Shown: one piece after another, positions 1-11,945 of the stretch
Layout of the letters: each line of letters begins with the position of its first letter
Position numbering within the stretch: the first letter of the stretch is position 1
NCBI RefSeq assembly: GCF_028641065.1
Contig: NC_073383.1
Span: 64,046,001 to 64,110,000, forward strand
DNA: 64,000 nt
Direction: 5' to 3'
Origin: Leucoraja erinacea
Taxonomy: Eukaryota
Made by a program: the position numbers and the translations under genes
The notes under the pieces: model-generated
What the model was told of the DNA's origin: nothing
The model's database searches: none
Seen by the model: only the letters and a program-made list of their open reading frames with translations

Positions 1-2700
1 CCGCCAGCATCCTCCAGTCACGGGCCCTGCATAGGTTTCCTTCTTCTGATCTGGTGGAAGGATGTTTAGATGTTTTCTGTCCTTCTCGGACAAAGGTTGT
101 TGCCCTTAGGGGGGGGGGGGGGGGGGGGGGGGTTGCTTGCTCTCGGAGGCAAGGAGTTGGTCGCACACCGCCTGTTCTCAAGGGCTGATGCCAGGCTTTT
201 TAGTACCTGATTATGCCGCCACGTGTATCTCCCTTGCGTGAGGCTGGTCTTGCAGCCTACCATGATGTGTTTGAGGGTTGCTGGAGTTGGGCAGAGGGCA
301 CAGGTTGGATCCTCGCCGTACCACTGATGGAGGTTCTTTGGTGATGGAAGCACGTCATAAGTCGCTCTGATGATGAAGCTGATCTTGCTTGCTTCCATTT
401 CCCATAGTTCTTTCCAGCTGATCTTCCTCCGCTCCACACCTTCCCACTGCATCCATTGCCCCTGTTTGGCAAGAGAGACCGCCTTTGCACTTCTTGCGGC
501 CTCCTCCTGTCGCCACACCTCCTCGACCACCAATGTCCTCCGCTCTGATGTTGTGGCCTTTCGCCAAGTTGGTTTACTTGTCGTAAGGCCAAAGCCTCCT
601 CTTCCCTGCTGGACTTGCCCCACGATGTCTTTGTGCCTCAGGGCTGATGAAGCTTGCTGTACTGCATCAGATGGTGTCCACTTCCGGCCAGTTACTAGGG
701 GCGGCGCAACAGCACTGATGGTCTTGTCTCTAGAGTCCCTCAGTGTCATCTGGAGGCTTACTTTAGAACACTTGTATTACTCTGTTAGACTAGTGAGAGG
801 TAGTTCCAGGACCCCTTTGCCATATAGGCCGATGTTAGTTAGACATCGTGGGACCCCGAGCCATTTCTTCGCGTATGAAGTTATGGTTCGCTCCATCTTC
901 TCCACAGTTGTTATTGGGGCTTCATAAACGGTCAGTGGCCACATCGTCCGAGGAAGGAGTCCAAACTGTAGGCACCAGAGCTTCAGTTTCCCAGGCAGTA
1001 GGGTCTGATTGATGTTCTCCATGCCGTTGACAATTTTCTTGCCTTAGTTGTTGCACCTGCTCTTTGTCCTTGAGACTTGCGTTGTACCATCTGCCCAGGC
1101 TTTTAACTGGCTGCTCAGACACTGTTGGTATTGTGCCTCTAAGCACCCCCTTGACTATGAAGATGCTTCGAAATTTACTTGGTTTGATTTTCATTCGGGC
1201 CCACTTGATGTTCTCCTGCAGCTTTCCAAGTAGCCGCTTGGTGCATGCTGCAGTAGTGGTTAGTGTTGTCATGTCGTCCATGTATGCCCTGATGGGTGGC
1301 AGACGGAGTCCAGCCCTGGTTCGTTCACCACCCACCACCCATTTTGAGGCCCTGATGATGACTTCCATGGCCATTGTAAAAGCCAAGGGTGAGACTGTGC
1401 AGCCTGCCGTGATGCCTACTTCCAAGTGCTGCCACGTTGTACTGAAGTCAGCTGTTGTGAAGCACAGCTGCAGGTCTTGGAAATAGCTCTTGACCAGTGT
1501 GGTGATGAGCTCTGGTACATGGAAAAAGGCAAAAGATTCCCAAAGGAGTTCATGGGGAACTGAGCCAAATGCATTGGCCAGATCGAGGAAGATCACATGT
1601 TGGTCTCTCTTGTCCTTCTTTGCTGCTCGGATCTGGTGCCAGATGATGCTTGTATGTTCCAAGGAGCCCGAAAATCCTGGAATTCCTGCTTTCTGTACAG
1701 ATGTATCAATGTACTTGTTTGTTACCAGATAGGTGGACAGCCTTTGTGATACAATGCTGAAAAAGATTTTTCCCTCGACGTTGAGGAGACATATTGGCCA
1801 GAATTGGCTGATGTCTGACGCATCCTTTTCTTTAGGTATTAGCACGCCGCTGGCCCTTCGCCACACCTTAGGTATTGTTTGCTTCTTCCACACCACCCTC
1901 ATGAGCATCCATAGAAAGCGTAACACATCCGGTGCGTTCTTGTAGAGCTTGTATGGTACTCCGTTTGGCCCCGGAGCTGATGCTGCTCTTGCTCGCCGGT
2001 CAGTGTTCTCTACCTCTTTCCATCTCGGAGGGCTGGTGTCCAGGTTGAATTCAGGTGGTTGAATAGGCTGGATGTCATGTGGGATGACTAACTGCTCATG
2101 CCTTTTCATGTCTTGGTGGGCCTTTTCCAGGTATCCTCCAATTCCCGTTTTGATGTTTTCAAAGTTCCACTTTTTTCCTTTGCGAAGAGGTCTTTGATGA
2201 ACTTGAAAGGGTCATTGTAGAACCGTGTTCTTGTGTGTTCTTTCTTCTTGCGAAGTTTCCTCAAGTTCTCTGCTTTTCGCAAGGTTGCCAATCGGCTCTT
2301 GATGTCCTCTTGGAGTAGCATGAGACCTTCTCTCTCTGCGTCAGTTGTTTTTTTCCATTGCTTTTTCAATTGTCTCCTCTCTCTGATTAGCCTCTCGATC
2401 TCCTGCTGCCTCCTGGACTTGATTGGTGTTGGTAATTTCTTTCCACCTCTCCCTTTACTCACCCCAAACCGTTCTTCTCCATAGCTGTAGATTGTGTTGC
2501 CCATCCTTTCAAACTTTTCCACTGCTGTGCCCGCTTGCTGCTCCAAGATATGTATAAGGTCACTGTTCACCGTCTCCCACTCTTTCTTTTCAACAGCTTT
2601 GGGCCATTTCACTCCAGGTTTGTGCCCTTTGATCTTTCCCTCCAATGGAGGTCTTTGTAGTTGTTGCGTGAAACTGCCAATATCTCCTCTTTGGTAATTC
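1..2700 (-). mobile_element. HERO-like non-LTR retrotransposon (RT + CCHC knuckle, RLE-type), 5'-truncated and frameshifted; runs off the window start
   Basis: Collinear minus ORFs 2106-2708, 922-2109, 777-1022 and 66-749. Motifs: SAPGPNG, LDLANAFGSVPH, GCTVSPLAF, YMDD, CALC..LKHIMVGC, RHNQVL. ARDWRMLA at nt 1-26 usually precedes the RLE domain. No APE domain. Confidence 0.85.
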
Positions 2701-2853
2701 TTACCCAAGTCACCCTTTTACTCTTAAATTAAAAGATTCCCCCATGCCTCTTAGTTTATATTACCATTTCTAAATCATTAGTTCATCATAGAAAGTGAAA
2801 CTCTCAATTGGTCAATCAAGGCAAAATTGAAAATTGGCAACATTGAGGGATCA

Positions 2854-3080
2854 CTGAGATCAAAAGGGGAGGACCCGGCAGGGCGCCACCCCGAGAATGA
2901 AGGGCTTCCCGGTGGGAGGCCATCGAGAATGATGGGGGACCCTGCAGGGAGCCGCCAAGAATGAAGGGGGACCCAGCTGGGCATGCAGAAGATAAGACTG
3001 TTTGGTGAACGTTTGTAACTTTGTCAGCGCCAGACACTCATGTACTGCCTAGGTGAGGTCTGCTATATGATTTTACAGGG
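2854..3080 (+). repeat. GC-rich interspersed repeat with degenerate ~30-bp internal units (GAGAATGAAGGGGGACCC-like)
   Basis: Three to four imperfect units visible; a similar short tract occurs at about 36280-36385. Confidence 0.4.
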
Positions 3081-3099
3081 TTGTAAGCACATAATATAA

Positions 3100-3668
3100 C
3101 ATCAACATCCACCACAGTGACTCCTTCACATTCCTCACTGTGATGGAAGGCAAAAAAAAGTTCCAAACTCTTCCCTTCTATGCTCTCCCGCGGTCGTGGA
3201 GCCTCGAGCCCTACATTAACGGGACGATCAGCTCCTACATTGGGGGGATGTCAGCTCTTCCGCACCGGCGATCGGACCCCCGGTCGGGGCTGGTCGAGCC
3301 TCTGTGTCGTTGGAGCTTCCAGGCTCGGACTCTCCCGAGACTGCGAGCTCTTGATGGTAAGTCCGCAGGCAAGGGATCAACTCCAATGTTAAGTCCAAGC
3401 CCCGCGGTGGGGCTCAAGTCAGTCCAAGGAGGCCTCCAGCTCCATCGATGGTAGGCCGCAGAGCGACCGGAGATGTGACCCGGAAAACAATCGCAGCTCC
3501 GGCATGGTAAGAAAATGAAAAAAAGTTTCCCCTGACCCCCTCCACCTCCCCCCACATAAAACAAACTGGAGAACATTTACACAAACTTTTAACACACACT
3601 AAAAATTAAAAAAAGACAGAAAAACAGAGACTGATGGCGGGGCTGCCCATCGTGCGGCACCCCTGGTG
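3100..3668 (-). mobile_element. Non-coding GC-rich retro-element, same family as 4780-5020
   Basis: The reverse complement of 3100-3165 (ttgccttccatcacagtgagga...tcactgtggtggatgtt) matches 4844-4890. Confidence 0.5.
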
Positions 3669-4779
3669 AAATAAGAAACCCAATGAACATTAAACTTGCT
3701 CACTACATCCCACCTTCCCTGTACAATCAGGATAGGTGGGAAGACAGTTTCCTGGCATCAAGAGGGTGATCAACCAGTGTTTCAGTTAAGACTCAGTAAT
3801 CAAGGAAGCAAAATCATGAGAGCTCCCTCCCTGAATTATTATATTTTTAATTTTTCGTCACTATTCTGGCTTATTATGCTTGGGATACCTTACTTTCTGG
3901 GACCAAAATATCGACAAAAGGAAACACATTGACGTTTTTATCACTTTCTCTGGTTTTGGGCTCCTTCTGCATACAGTCTGCCTGTCATTTCAGCTTACAA
4001 AGTAATGAGTGTAAAGTAATGAGTGTAATTGTTGTTTGAGCACTTGGTAAGCGATGACAAAATTACACATTCTTCCTCAATGTATGTGTGTATGTGCTAT
4101 AGCAGCATTTAATGTCCCAAACATCACAGTAAATATCTATTCATGAATTTTGCAGGGCAGAAAAGACAACCATTGTGCGACGTAAATGATGGTACATTTC
4201 TCGAATGCAATCTACCCAGCATTATTATTATATTAAACTGAAATCGAGCATTTGCAATCAGCAGAGAAGCAGTGGCATTTATCCATGACCTTGTAGAAAG
4301 CCCCCTGCAAAGATCCCGTGATCTCCATGACAGAACATTTCCTTTCCAGATGTTAGTTCATGGGGAGATCTGGCAGCCAGCAATTGTGACGTCAACACCC
4401 TTGCTGTTGCATCCAATTATGTTAAAAAGCGTACCTAGAAGCAAAAGCCATAACTTTAAATTAAAGTATAGAGTAGGAAATAAATATTAAGCCAGTTTGA
4501 TGAATTAGAGGTTGAAATGGCAAAAACTATTTTGAAACATTTGAAACAAACATGAAACATATATATTGAAATTTTTAAATTAAGGGAATGAAATACATGT
4601 AGATAAAGTGTGTTTTTTCAGCCAGATAGTTCGCGCAGTAGTAATTATAGGTCAATGGAATGTTACAATGCCATTTAGACCTTGTTTAACAAGGAGTAAG
4701 CATTTTAAGGTAATTTTGTCGTAAAACTATTTGGAAAATAACTTAAATTCCCATCAGTTCAATTGATGGCCGTGGGACT

Positions 4780-5022
4780 TACCATCGCCCGCCTGGGGCT
4801 TCAACATCGGGAGAAGAATGGTGCACAGGGGGAGAGAAAGGACTTGCCTTCCATCACAGTGAGGAGGAGATTCACTGTGATGGATGTTTGTGTGAATTGA
4901 ATTGTTTGTGTGTCTTGTATGAATTGTTTTGTTTGTATGGCTGTAGAAACAGAGTTTCATTTGAGCTTCACTGAGGTACAAATGACATTGAATAAATATT
5001 GTATTGTATATTGTATTGTATT
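4780..5022 (+). mobile_element. 3' part of a LINE-dependent element with (TATTG)n tail
   Basis: Internal hairpin catcacagtga/tcactgtgatg, a LINE-like 3' end (tttcattt...atgaca..aataaa) and a TATTG tail. Confidence 0.5.
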
Positions 5023-5681
5023 GATTTCCCTCGATTGCAGTTTGGAAGCATATTGCCAGTAGCCTAGGAATTTTTTGCTTAAACTATGCAAGTGCAGAAA
5101 TCCAGAAGTTGCTCTTACTTTCACAAAGTAATGATGTGGAACACCAATAGATTTGCAGATTTACCACCGCAAAATACTGGTTAATTTTATTCCAGTGGAT
5201 CCATTTTACAGCAAATAAAGAAAAAAGGGGAACATCTAAAACTCGTATTTTAACATTATGACCTCAAGTCACTGGGTGTCTCATTGATTAATCTCAGTAC
5301 TGTAAAGTCTAACAGAGTAAATTAAAAGACAGTCTCTAAATTAGCTCACCGTGGTAGCAATATAAATAACACAATATATTTTATTGCATTAATGAATGAT
5401 AATAAATTAATGTAAACCGATGCAGTGCTAACAAAGTATTTTTTCATCTAGTAATTAATGGTAATAACCAATAAATAGTTGATTCATTTTATTTTAACTG
5501 CCTTATTTCCTGGGCTGCATTTGCAGAAATACATCATTTGCATTACAAAACTGCAGCTGCACTGTCTGTGCGCAAATGGTAAAATCTACACGAGAAGTGT
5601 CACGGGATTGTATTAAAAGTACTTGACCCCCTTCCAAGACAAAAGTAACTCATTTGATAAGCAGAATATCACCTTAAGCAT

Positions 5682-6125
5682 GTTTAAGAAGGAACTGCAG
5701 ATGCTGGAAAATCGATGGTAGACAAAAATGCTGGAGAAACTCAGCGGGTGAGGCAGCATCTATGGAGCGAAGGAAATAGGCGACGTTTCGGGTCGAGACA
5801 CTTCTTCAGACTGATGTGAGGGTGGGGTAGCGGGAAGAGGAAAGGAAGAGATGGAGACAGTGGGCTGAGGGAGAGCTGGGAAGGAGAGGAGAAAGCAGGG
5901 ACTACCTGAAATTGGAAAAGTCAATGTTCATACCGCTGGGGTGTAAACTCCCTTTTACCACCTCTCCCTCAGCCCACTGTCTCTGCCTCTTCCTTTTCTC
6001 CTCCCCCCCCCCCTGCACCCTCACATCAGTCTGAGGAAGGCTCTCGACCCAAAATGTCACCAATTTCCTTCGCTCCATAGATGCTGCCTCACCTGCTGAA
6101 TTTCTCCAGCATTTTTGTCTACCAT
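5682..6125. mobile_element. Penelope-like element terminal repeats in inverted arrangement, with minimal hammerhead motifs
   Basis: About 5715-5830 is the reverse complement of about 6015-6125. A CTGAAGA..GAAACGTC core lies on the minus strand at about 5782-5813. Confidence 0.7.
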
Positions 6126-6206
6126 CACCTTAAGCATTCTCTCTTTCTGTCAGGGAATGCTCAATGTAGTTGCACACGGTCTTTCAGTAACACCTGCACA
6201 TTAGTT

Positions 6207-6518
6207 AGGCACAGTGGTTCAGCTGGTAGAACTGCTGCCTCACAGTGCCAGGACCCGTGTTTCATCCTGAAGTTGGGTGCTGGCTGGATGGAATTGGTAC
6301 ATTCTCCCCGTCACCTGAGTAGGTTTTCTCCAGAATCTCCAGTTTCCTCCCACATTCCAAAGACGTAGGTTTGTAGGTTGATTGGCTTGGTATATTTGTA
6401 AATTGTCCCTAGTGTGGGTAGGATAGTGTTAATGGGTGGGGATTGCTGGTCGGCGCGGACTCGGTGGGCAGAAGGGCCTGTTTTGTTGCTGTATCACTAA
6501 ACAAAACTAAACTAAACC
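6207..6518 (+). mobile_element. HE1-type tRNA-derived V-SINE
   Basis: tRNA-like head (ggcacagtggttcagctggtag), V-domain-like ctccagtttcctcccacattccaaagac, (TAAAC)n tail. Confidence 0.8.
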
Positions 6519-6519
6519 A

Positions 6520-6612
6520 TCCGAATAAAGGTCTCGACCTGAAACATCACCCATTCTTTCTCACCAGATATGCTGCCTGTCACGCTGAGTAACTCCAGCA
6601 TTTTGTGTCTAC
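6520..6612 (+). mobile_element. Penelope-like terminal repeat fragment
   Basis: ggtctcgacctgaaacatcacc...gctgagtaactccagcattttgtgtctac. Confidence 0.6.
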
Positions 6613-7184
6613 CCTAAGCTAAACAAGCATTGAGCCTTACATATCACAATAAAATGTAGGTAACTTAGAATCAGCATGCCTGTAGTTTCCTGATGGGAAC
6701 TGGCAGTGGGAACACTGACAATAGTTTCCTCCCTGATGGCATTACTCAGGAAGATTTAAGCTGTCATGGATTCATGTGAAATTTAATGCACAGTATAGTT
6801 TATATCACATTATTTTATTTCACACCTGTGATAGTCAAAGATGGTAATGAAAGGAAGTGAAATTATACTTAATGGTTGGCAGCAACACCCAGTGTTAATG
6901 GTTGGCAGTATTGCAAGTATTTAGTGATTCATTTAAATATATCTAAAAATCCAGGGAGGTGTCTGCAGAATAAATGAAGTGGTCCAGAATGCTACAATGG
7001 TTGACAATTTTTTGTAACACTTTTGTACACAAATGTTTAAGCAATGAACAGGAAATCATAAATTAATACTCACTCTGCTCTCGGTAGTATCCTGTGTATT
7101 ATGTTGCAGTATTTTACTATATATTATCTAAGTTGCTTATTCATAGACAAATTAAAGAGGCTGTCAAATTGAAACTGATTTGAT

Positions 7185-7280
7185 CAGTCTGAAGAAGCGT
7201 TTTGGCCCAAAACGTTGCCTATTTCCTTCACTCCATAGATGCTGCATCACCCGCTGAGTTTCTCCAGCACTTTTGTCTAC
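7185..7280 (+). mobile_element. Penelope-like terminal repeat fragment
   Basis: cagtctgaagaag...aaaacgttgcctatttcc...ccagcacttttgtctac. Confidence 0.6.
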
Positions 7281-8140
7281 TATAGGTTTATCTTGACCTA
7301 TTTCATATTTGGCATAGAGTTTGTGGGACAAAGGGCATGTCCCTGTGTTGTACATGTTTTATGTCCTATTATCTTCAGTACTGATGGTGTCTCAGCCTTT
7401 CTCAACAACAAGACTAAATGTTGGTAACTGTTTCAAATATTTCTTTATTTTAACGTGTCATATTTTCAGACCTCTGTGGTTTATTTTAGCTGGGATCTTC
7501 TAGTGTTTCAGAAAACCTCCTCAGATTCTTCATGTACAGTACTTCATGCAACTCTTCCAAGTTTTTTTTGATCCTTACATTTGTTGCTAACTGTCCAAGT
7601 GTAAATCTAGAAAACGGGCATACTGTAGTCCATCAAGCACCTAAATAACTCATCCAACCGACAAATATATCTTGATAAACCTCCTGATAGGCTCTATAAT
7701 TAAAAAAAATTGAGAGCCAGTTTTTCTTTTAGTTCTGGAAATATTGCCAGGTGGTGTCATGAAAAGTGTCTTATCCTTGTGTAACTTTGTAAGCAGTAAG
7801 ATCATATAAACAAGCTTGAAGTCACTGGCAATCACCGATGCTGCAACAAATAAACCTTCCCACAAGCATTTTTGAAGTAAGAAGAACAGCTTTTGGATTT
7901 GTTCCCCAAACTTTGTTATTTATGCTTTACAAACATTAGTCTTCTGCATGGTTTGTTTTGGCACTTGTTGTATCTCATACAGAGTAAGCATAGAGCACCA
8001 CACCAACATTTTGATGAGAATTGATTCCAATGCAGTTTAAACAAGTAGCCACAGCATAGTTTGTGCCAGTTTTTAAACAGCTGGTAACAGCCTTCTGTAA
8101 ATACTGATGATCCAGTCACCATTGCTGTCACAAGGTAACC

Positions 8141-8817
8141 GTTCATAGCAAAAGGATTTGAGTATAGGAACAGGGAGGGTTTACTGCAGTTGTACAGGGT
8201 CTTGGTGAGACCACACCTGGAGTATTGCGTACAGTTTTGGTCTCCTAATCTGAGGAAAGACATTCTTGCCATAGAGGGAGTACAGAGAAGGTTCACCAGA
8301 CTGATTCCTGGGATGTCAGGACTTTCATATTAAGAAAGACTGTACTCCATCAAGCACCTAAATAACTCATCCAACCGACAAATATATCTTGATCTTGGCT
8401 TGAACTCGCTAGAATTTAGAAGATTGATGGGGGATCTTATAGAAACTTACAAAATTCTTAAGGGGTTGGACAGGCTAGATGCAGGAAAATTGTTCCCGAT
8501 GTTGGGGAAGTCCAGGACAAGGGGTCACAGTTTAAGTATAAAGGGGTAATATTTTAGGACCGAGATTAGGAAAACATTTTTCACACAGAGAGTGGTGAAT
8601 CTATGGAATTCTCTGCCACAGAAGGTAGTTGAGGCTAGTTTATTGGCTATATTTAAGAGGGAGTTAGATGTGGCCCTTGTGGCTAAAGGGATCAGGGGGT
8701 ACGGAGAGAAGGCAGGTACAGGATACTGAGTTGGATGATCAGCCATGATCATATTGAATGGCGGTGCAGGCTCAAAGGTACTCCTGCACCTATTTTCTAT
8801 GTTTCTATGTTTCTATG
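8141..8817 (+). mobile_element. CR1 LINE 3' fragment with (TTTCTATG)n tail; carries a 55-bp templated insertion
   Basis: Near-identical to 52762-53395 ([21 protein letters not shown]). Confidence 0.9.
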
Positions 8818-9051
8818 TCCCTGAGTGATGCAAGGTGTCCATTTTCTTTCAGGTGATTGCCCTCTTTTAATAAATAAATATGTGCCCTGTGACATGCATG
8901 GGATTCTATTTGCTATAATGGCAGTAGAGATGGACATGAATCAGTGACTGTGTCAGAGTTGGAGCATTGATCATATACTCTCTGACCGGTTTCAGTCTGT
9001 TGATGCCGCTGAAGCCCAAAAGAGTGTTTAGTTTAGTTTAGTTTAGTTTAG

Positions 9052-9288
9052 TGTAGATTAGTGTGTCTCTACTATATATACATCACCACACAGATTATGC
9101 ATGCTGCACATTCCTTATGTAGTCCAGTGTGGATCTTCATCTCTACCCGCCCATAAACCCGCGTGTCTCTCTCTCTCTTGAATTAGATGTATGCCATGGA
9201 GACAAAAGCAGAATGTGTTTCCTCCATGGAATTACAAATAAAAGACTACGAGTTCTAAACTCTAAGTGTGAGTCTGATCATTTCAACA
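9052..9288 (+). mobile_element. Gypsy LTR (TGT...ACA)
   Basis: Starts TGTAGATTA, has AATAAA at 9237-9242, ends TCAACA directly before a PBS. Confidence 0.75.
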
Positions 9289-9306
9289 TGGTGTCAGAAG
9301 TGGGAT
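9289..9306 (+). promoter_or_regulatory. Primer-binding site complementary to the tRNA-Leu 3' end
   Basis: TGGTGTCAGAAGTGGGAT, the canonical 18 nt. Confidence 0.85.
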
Positions 9307-9319
9307 CTTGATGTTTCCA

Positions 9320-9710
9320 TGACAAATCCGACAAGGAATGTGTGTTTATATTTTGTCTCTCGATAGAGGCAGCATGTCCTCGTTAGTCAGAGATGTTGGT
9401 GTCGGAGGTCCGTGGGACGTCTCTGGCTGTAAGTTCTCTTGCTGGAGCAGGTGGACTGATTGCTTCGTCTGTGCTCTGTTCCCACGCGAGTGGCAACAAT
9501 GGATGGAATGATTTCTGCGTTTACAGCACTGACAAAGTTCACAAATGCCTCCATGCGAACCTCCACAGTTCACACAATTACTAATGAACCCAACACCAGA
9601 TCTACCGGGCACTTGTGAAGGCTGGCGCTGGGCCTGATAAAACGTGCCGGCAACATTTACATCATAGGCAGAATGGGGACCCAGCCCCAGGGTTTTAGTG
9701 TGTGAGTCTG
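9320..9710 (-). pseudogene. Inverted Gypsy gag C-terminal (zinc-knuckle) fragment
   Basis: ORF 9346-9612 contains CVNCGGSH..C and CQCCKRRNH...C. It overlaps the end of the plus-strand gag by 60 bp (55/60 identical). Confidence 0.7.
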
Positions 9711-9809
9711 ATCATTTCAACATGGTGTCGGATATCTCAGACACCTTACTCTCCTAGTTGGTTTCAGTTTATTTTAGTTTGTTTTTTTTGCTCAGTTCGT
9801 TGTTTTACT

Positions 9810-10404
9810 ATGGCTGGCACACTTCGTAAGCCTGAACCTTTAGTGTACGATAGTTACCTTGCCGAGCGTTGGCGCATCTTTGAAGAGGACCTCACCATGT
9901 ATTTCCATGCAGCGCATCATGCTGCTACTCCAGACGTTCATGCCTCCATTCTTCTCAACTTGGCTGGTACAGAGGCCACTCGATATGCTCGCAGATTTCA
10001 CTATGCCCCAGCCCAGTTAGACGCTGCGGGTGTCCAGGTAGTTCCGGCTGAATCTGTCTGTCTGATGAACAAGTTCAGAAAGCTGTGTGAGCCAAGCATT
10101 AATCTCGTAATGGAGTGCCACAAACTATTTTCGCGCAGCCAGAGGCAAGGTGAGCCTCCTGAAACTTACATAAGTTCTTTAAAGCACATCGCCAGCCGAT
10201 GCGACTATGAAAATCTGTGTGATAGTCTTATATGTGACAGGCTGGTTTATGGTATTCTCAATGACAAGGTGCGTGATGAAGTCCTACGTGATGCAGATCT
10301 CACTCTGGAAAGTGATGAAAATCGCTGTCGTGTTGCAGAGATGACAGACTCTCACACTAAAACTCTGGGGCCAGGTCCCCATTCTGCTTATGATGTAAAT
10401 GTTG
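9810..10404 (+). pseudogene. Gypsy gag N-terminal/capsid part
   Basis: MAGTLRKPEPL..AERWRIFEED, ILLNLAG, FSRSQRQGE, LICDRLVYGI, LRDADLTLE. Confidence 0.8.
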
Positions 10405-10424
10405 AGCTTTTGATGTTTAGAGAT

Positions 10425-10712
10425 AGTTTATTTTAGTTTAGAGATACAGTGCAGAAACAGGCCATGCCAACCAGCGATCCCCGCATATTAACACTATCCT
10501 ACACACACTAGGGACAATTTACATTTATACCAAGCCTACAAACCTATACATCTTTAGAGTGTGGGAGGAAACCAAAGATCTCAGAGAAAACCCACGCGGT
10601 CATGGGAAGAACGTACAAACTTTGTACAGACAGCATCCATAGTCGGGATCGAAGCCGGGTTTCCGGCGCTGCAAGTGCTGTAAGGTAGCAACTCCACTGC
10701 TGTGCCACCATG
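10425..10712 (-). mobile_element. HE1-type SINE
   Basis: (TTTAG)n tail on the left, antisense tRNA head (ccactgctgtgccacc) on the right. Confidence 0.8.
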
Positions 10713-11363
10713 ACAAGTGAGTTACAAGTTAGGTTTAGGGAACCAAGAGTGCAACTTCAGTTCCTGTAGAGATGCCAAACTGTCATTCCATTATCATACC
10801 AATCCGGCAAACTATTGTGACAATCGCCCATGCCTGTTTAGTTAGTTTAGAGATACAGTGCATAGTGTATCTACCTGTAACATACTTCTTTTCATCATAA
10901 CCTACCCATTCCCCATTCCGCCACTCTCTGAGGTGGAGCTCTGAGGTATCGGATGCAATGTGCAATTGGCTTTTCATCAAGATTAATTCCTTCTTCTCCT
11001 CACCCTCTAGGTCCCCTCTCCACTGAACTTCTTTCCCTCCCTCAAGTATTCATTTCTGCTCCTCCTACTGTTCAAACCCTCCCAGCTCAGTATGCTTCCC
11101 TTCTGGGAGGAGACGAATGGTGGCTCATTGCAACACTCTGCGTGTATACCAGAACAAAAAATTGCACTTGTAAGTTGCATGGCAATTATATCTATGGAGG
11201 CACAGTAGAACCTAGGGTAATGAGGATATTTGCGATTAACATTTTTGACATTTTTGGTGCAGCCCTCAAATCCATGGGCATAACATCTATGGATGTCTGC
11301 AGGTCATATTTAGTGCTTCATTCTCGGTGCTAACATTTCCTCACCTCCCGCAGCCACCACTGG

Positions 11364-11675
11364 GGGGCACGGTGGCGTAGCAGTAGAGCTACTGCCTTGC
11401 AATTCCAGAGACCCAGGTTCGATCGTGACTACCAGTGATGTCTGTATGGAGTTTGTACGTTCTCCCCGTGACCCACGTGGATTTTCACCGAGATCTTTGG
11501 TTTCCTCCCACACTCCAAAGATGTACAGGTTTGTAGGTTAATTGGCTTGGTATAAATGTAAATGTAAATGTAAAATTGCCCCTACTATGTGTAGGGTAGG
11601 GTTAATGTGCGGGGATCATTGGTCGGTGCAGACTCGGTGGGGCTGTTTCCGTGCCATATCTCGAATCTAAACTAA
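11364..11675 (+). mobile_element. HE1-type SINE
   Basis: ggcacggtggcgtagcagtag (A box), ggttcgatc (B box), TAAAC tail. Confidence 0.85.
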
Positions 11676-11679
11676 ATTT

Positions 11680-11945
11680 ATAAGAAATAGGAGTAGAATT
11701 GGGCCTTTTAGACTATCAGGTCTACTCCCCCATTCAATCATGGCTGATCTATCTCTCCCTCCTAACTTCATTTGATGTATTCAAGAGAGAGTTAGATATA
11801 GCTCTTAGGGTTAACAGAATCAAGGGATATTGGGAGAAAGAGGATGCTTACTCAAAATGGCCTACTCCTGCACCTATTTTCTATGTGTCTATGTTTCTAT
11901 GCTCCTGCCTTTCCCTCATAACCTCTGATGCCCATACTAATCAAC
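11680..11945. mobile_element. Interleaved CR1 3' UTR fragments in both orientations
   Basis: cattcaatcatggctgatct is antisense; gagttagatatagctcttaggg...tttctatg is sense. Confidence 0.65.

Noticed and set aside
5682-6125. MITE with long TIRs (also 42010-42420)
   Set aside because: The arms are Penelope-type terminal repeats that also occur singly in the window; inverted pairs are typical of PLE insertions.
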